64,000 bases of DNA from a virus. The translations under genes were made by a program, and so were the position numbers. Location: the IMG/VR virus record IMGVR_UViG_3300010222_000171, positions 4,817 through 68,816 of that record; one strand, given 5' to 3'. Below the pieces are notes generated by a model. That model was given only the letters and a program-made list of their open reading frames with translations. It was not told the DNA's origin and ran no database searches. Positions 62,885 through 64,000 of the stretch are shown piece after piece. How positions within the stretch are numbered: the first letter of the stretch is position 1; each line of letters starts with the position of its first letter.

Positions 62885-63098
62885 CTTCGAAGAAGGGGAC
62901 CGCGTTCGACATCCAGAGTTCGGACACGGGACCGTCACGGAAGCTCGACCGGGTAAACTGGTTGTTAGCTTCGACACTGGCGGAAAAGGATCAGAAATAG
63001 TCTCCACCCACCGGCTTGAGAAGGTCAAGCAAGGGGAAAGTGGCTACGTTCCTTGGTACAACAGATCAGACGAAGAAATCGAACACGAAAAACAATGA
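62874..63098 (+). CDS. small SH3/KOW-like beta-barrel protein (CarD/UvrD C-terminal-like)
   Basis: FEEGDRVRHPEFGHGTV...LVVSFD pattern. Confidence 0.6.
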   Translation: MTSNFEEGDRVRHPEFGHGTVTEARPGKLVVSFDTGGKGSEIVSTHRLEKVKQGESGYVPWYNRSDEEIEHEKQ

Positions 63099-63337
63099 AA
63101 GAAACAAGAATCATCGAACCCACCGGCGGCCTTGTCGTGGTCACTACTGCTGACGCCGACTACGAGTGTTACCATGACGTTCATACTGGCGATTGGCAAG
63201 TGACCTCAACAGAAGATAAACTGGTACAGGGAGACTGGATGCTAACGAAAGACGGGGCCATCAAGTACGCACTGACACAGGCTGGCGTCGTTGAAAATGT
63301 AAACTATGAACGAGCCCCAGACAGAACATCTGCGTAA
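63095..63337 (+). CDS. hypothetical protein
   Basis: ATGA overlap. Confidence 0.6.
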   Translation: MKETRIIEPTGGLVVVTTADADYECYHDVHTGDWQVTSTEDKLVQGDWMLTKDGAIKYALTQAGVVENVNYERAPDRTSA

Positions 63338-63788
63338 TGTAGCAATGTCTAAGATTGATACGTGGTGCGCTGAATGTAATGATATGGACGAGATCACCTT
63401 CAAAGTCGAGAAGCACCTCAAGCTCGGGAAGACGACTGGCCCCGACATCTACGAAACTAAGCCAATCCTCAAGCAGGACTACGACAACCTAACGGAAGAC
63501 CAAAAAGACCTCTGTATGGAGGTCCGACTCTGCGGAGAGTTGCCCGACGACGCCGAAACGGGGGAAGTCTACACGGCCAGCGAGTTGCTTCCCGACGACC
63601 ATCAGATTCCCAAGAAACGCGACCAAGAGGCACTGAAAAAGGCTGCTAAGACTGGCGAAGATGTCATCATCAGCGAGAGCCAAACAGGGTGCAACGACGA
63701 CGACGACAAAAAGTGCAGTCTCGACCGCGTTACCCGTGTCGCAACCCCTGATGGCAAAATCGAAAAACAGCGGACACACACCTATTGA
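63306..63788 (+). CDS. hypothetical protein with Cys pairs
   Basis: Acidic ORF; start may be internal (63345). Confidence 0.7.
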   Translation: MNEPQTEHLRNVAMSKIDTWCAECNDMDEITFKVEKHLKLGKTTGPDIYETKPILKQDYDNLTEDQKDLCMEVRLCGELPDDAETGEVYTASELLPDDHQIPKKRDQEALKKAAKTGEDVIISESQTGCNDDDDKKCSLDRVTRVATPDGKIEKQRTHTY

Positions 63789-63803
63789 AAGTAAGAATAC
63801 GTA

Positions 63804-64000
63804 ATGTACGAATCTGAACTCCAGAGCAACGTCTCTGATGCAATCATCAACGGCAACGTAGACGAAGTAACGCTTGGAATCACAGATAATCACCGCGCCG
63901 TCATCATCAAAGCTGACGGTAAGGATGCGGCATACACAGCCGATGAGGCCCGCCAATTGGTGTCGAAGCTTGAATCAATGGACGAAGAGCCGTGGCAGCG
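63804..64000 (+). CDS. hypothetical protein, truncated by the window end
   Basis: Open frame from ATG 63804 to the end of the window. Confidence 0.6.
   Translation, partial: MYESELQSNVSDAIINGNVDEVTLGITDNHRAVIIKADGKDAAYTADEARQLVSKLESMDEEPWQ

Noticed and set aside
1-64000. CRISPR array, integrase, transposase, rRNA or DNA methyltransferase
   Set aside because: No regularly spaced repeats or diagnostic motifs were seen. Manual reading could miss very divergent genes.

Overview
This window is a large part of a haloarchaeal tailed virus (myovirus) genome. The proteome is acidic, there is a contractile tail and baseplate module, and the layout resembles HF1/HF2-like haloviruses. Plus strand 1-19.1 kb holds replication and nucleic-acid genes: an AAA+/MCM-like ATPase, a fused PriS-PriL primase, a metallophosphoesterase, a PAS protein, DUF6378, a Cas4-like nuclease, a family B DNA polymerase split in two by an HNH gene, an ATP-dependent RNA ligase and three free-standing homing endonucleases. 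Minus strand 19.2-45.7 kb is the virion morphogenesis operon, from terminase to tail fibres, with a TTT-CGC +1 frameshift in the tail chaperone. A 1.3 kb noncoding gap (45.7-46.9 kb) probably contains the physical genome ends. Plus strand 46.9-64 kb is an early/accessory region. The most striking signal is an RNA layer in that region. A repeated dyad promoter (GACTYAA-N10/11-TTRAGTC, about 10 copies) is followed directly by three pseudoknotted type II hammerhead ribozymes, one with a hairpin inserted in its core. Other copies are followed by tRNA-half-like minihelices or a 50-nt hairpin sRNA. Nearby is a roughly 1.15 kb ORF-free, hairpin-dense candidate giant noncoding RNA. All calls come from manual motif and base-pair reading; no searches or folding programs were run.
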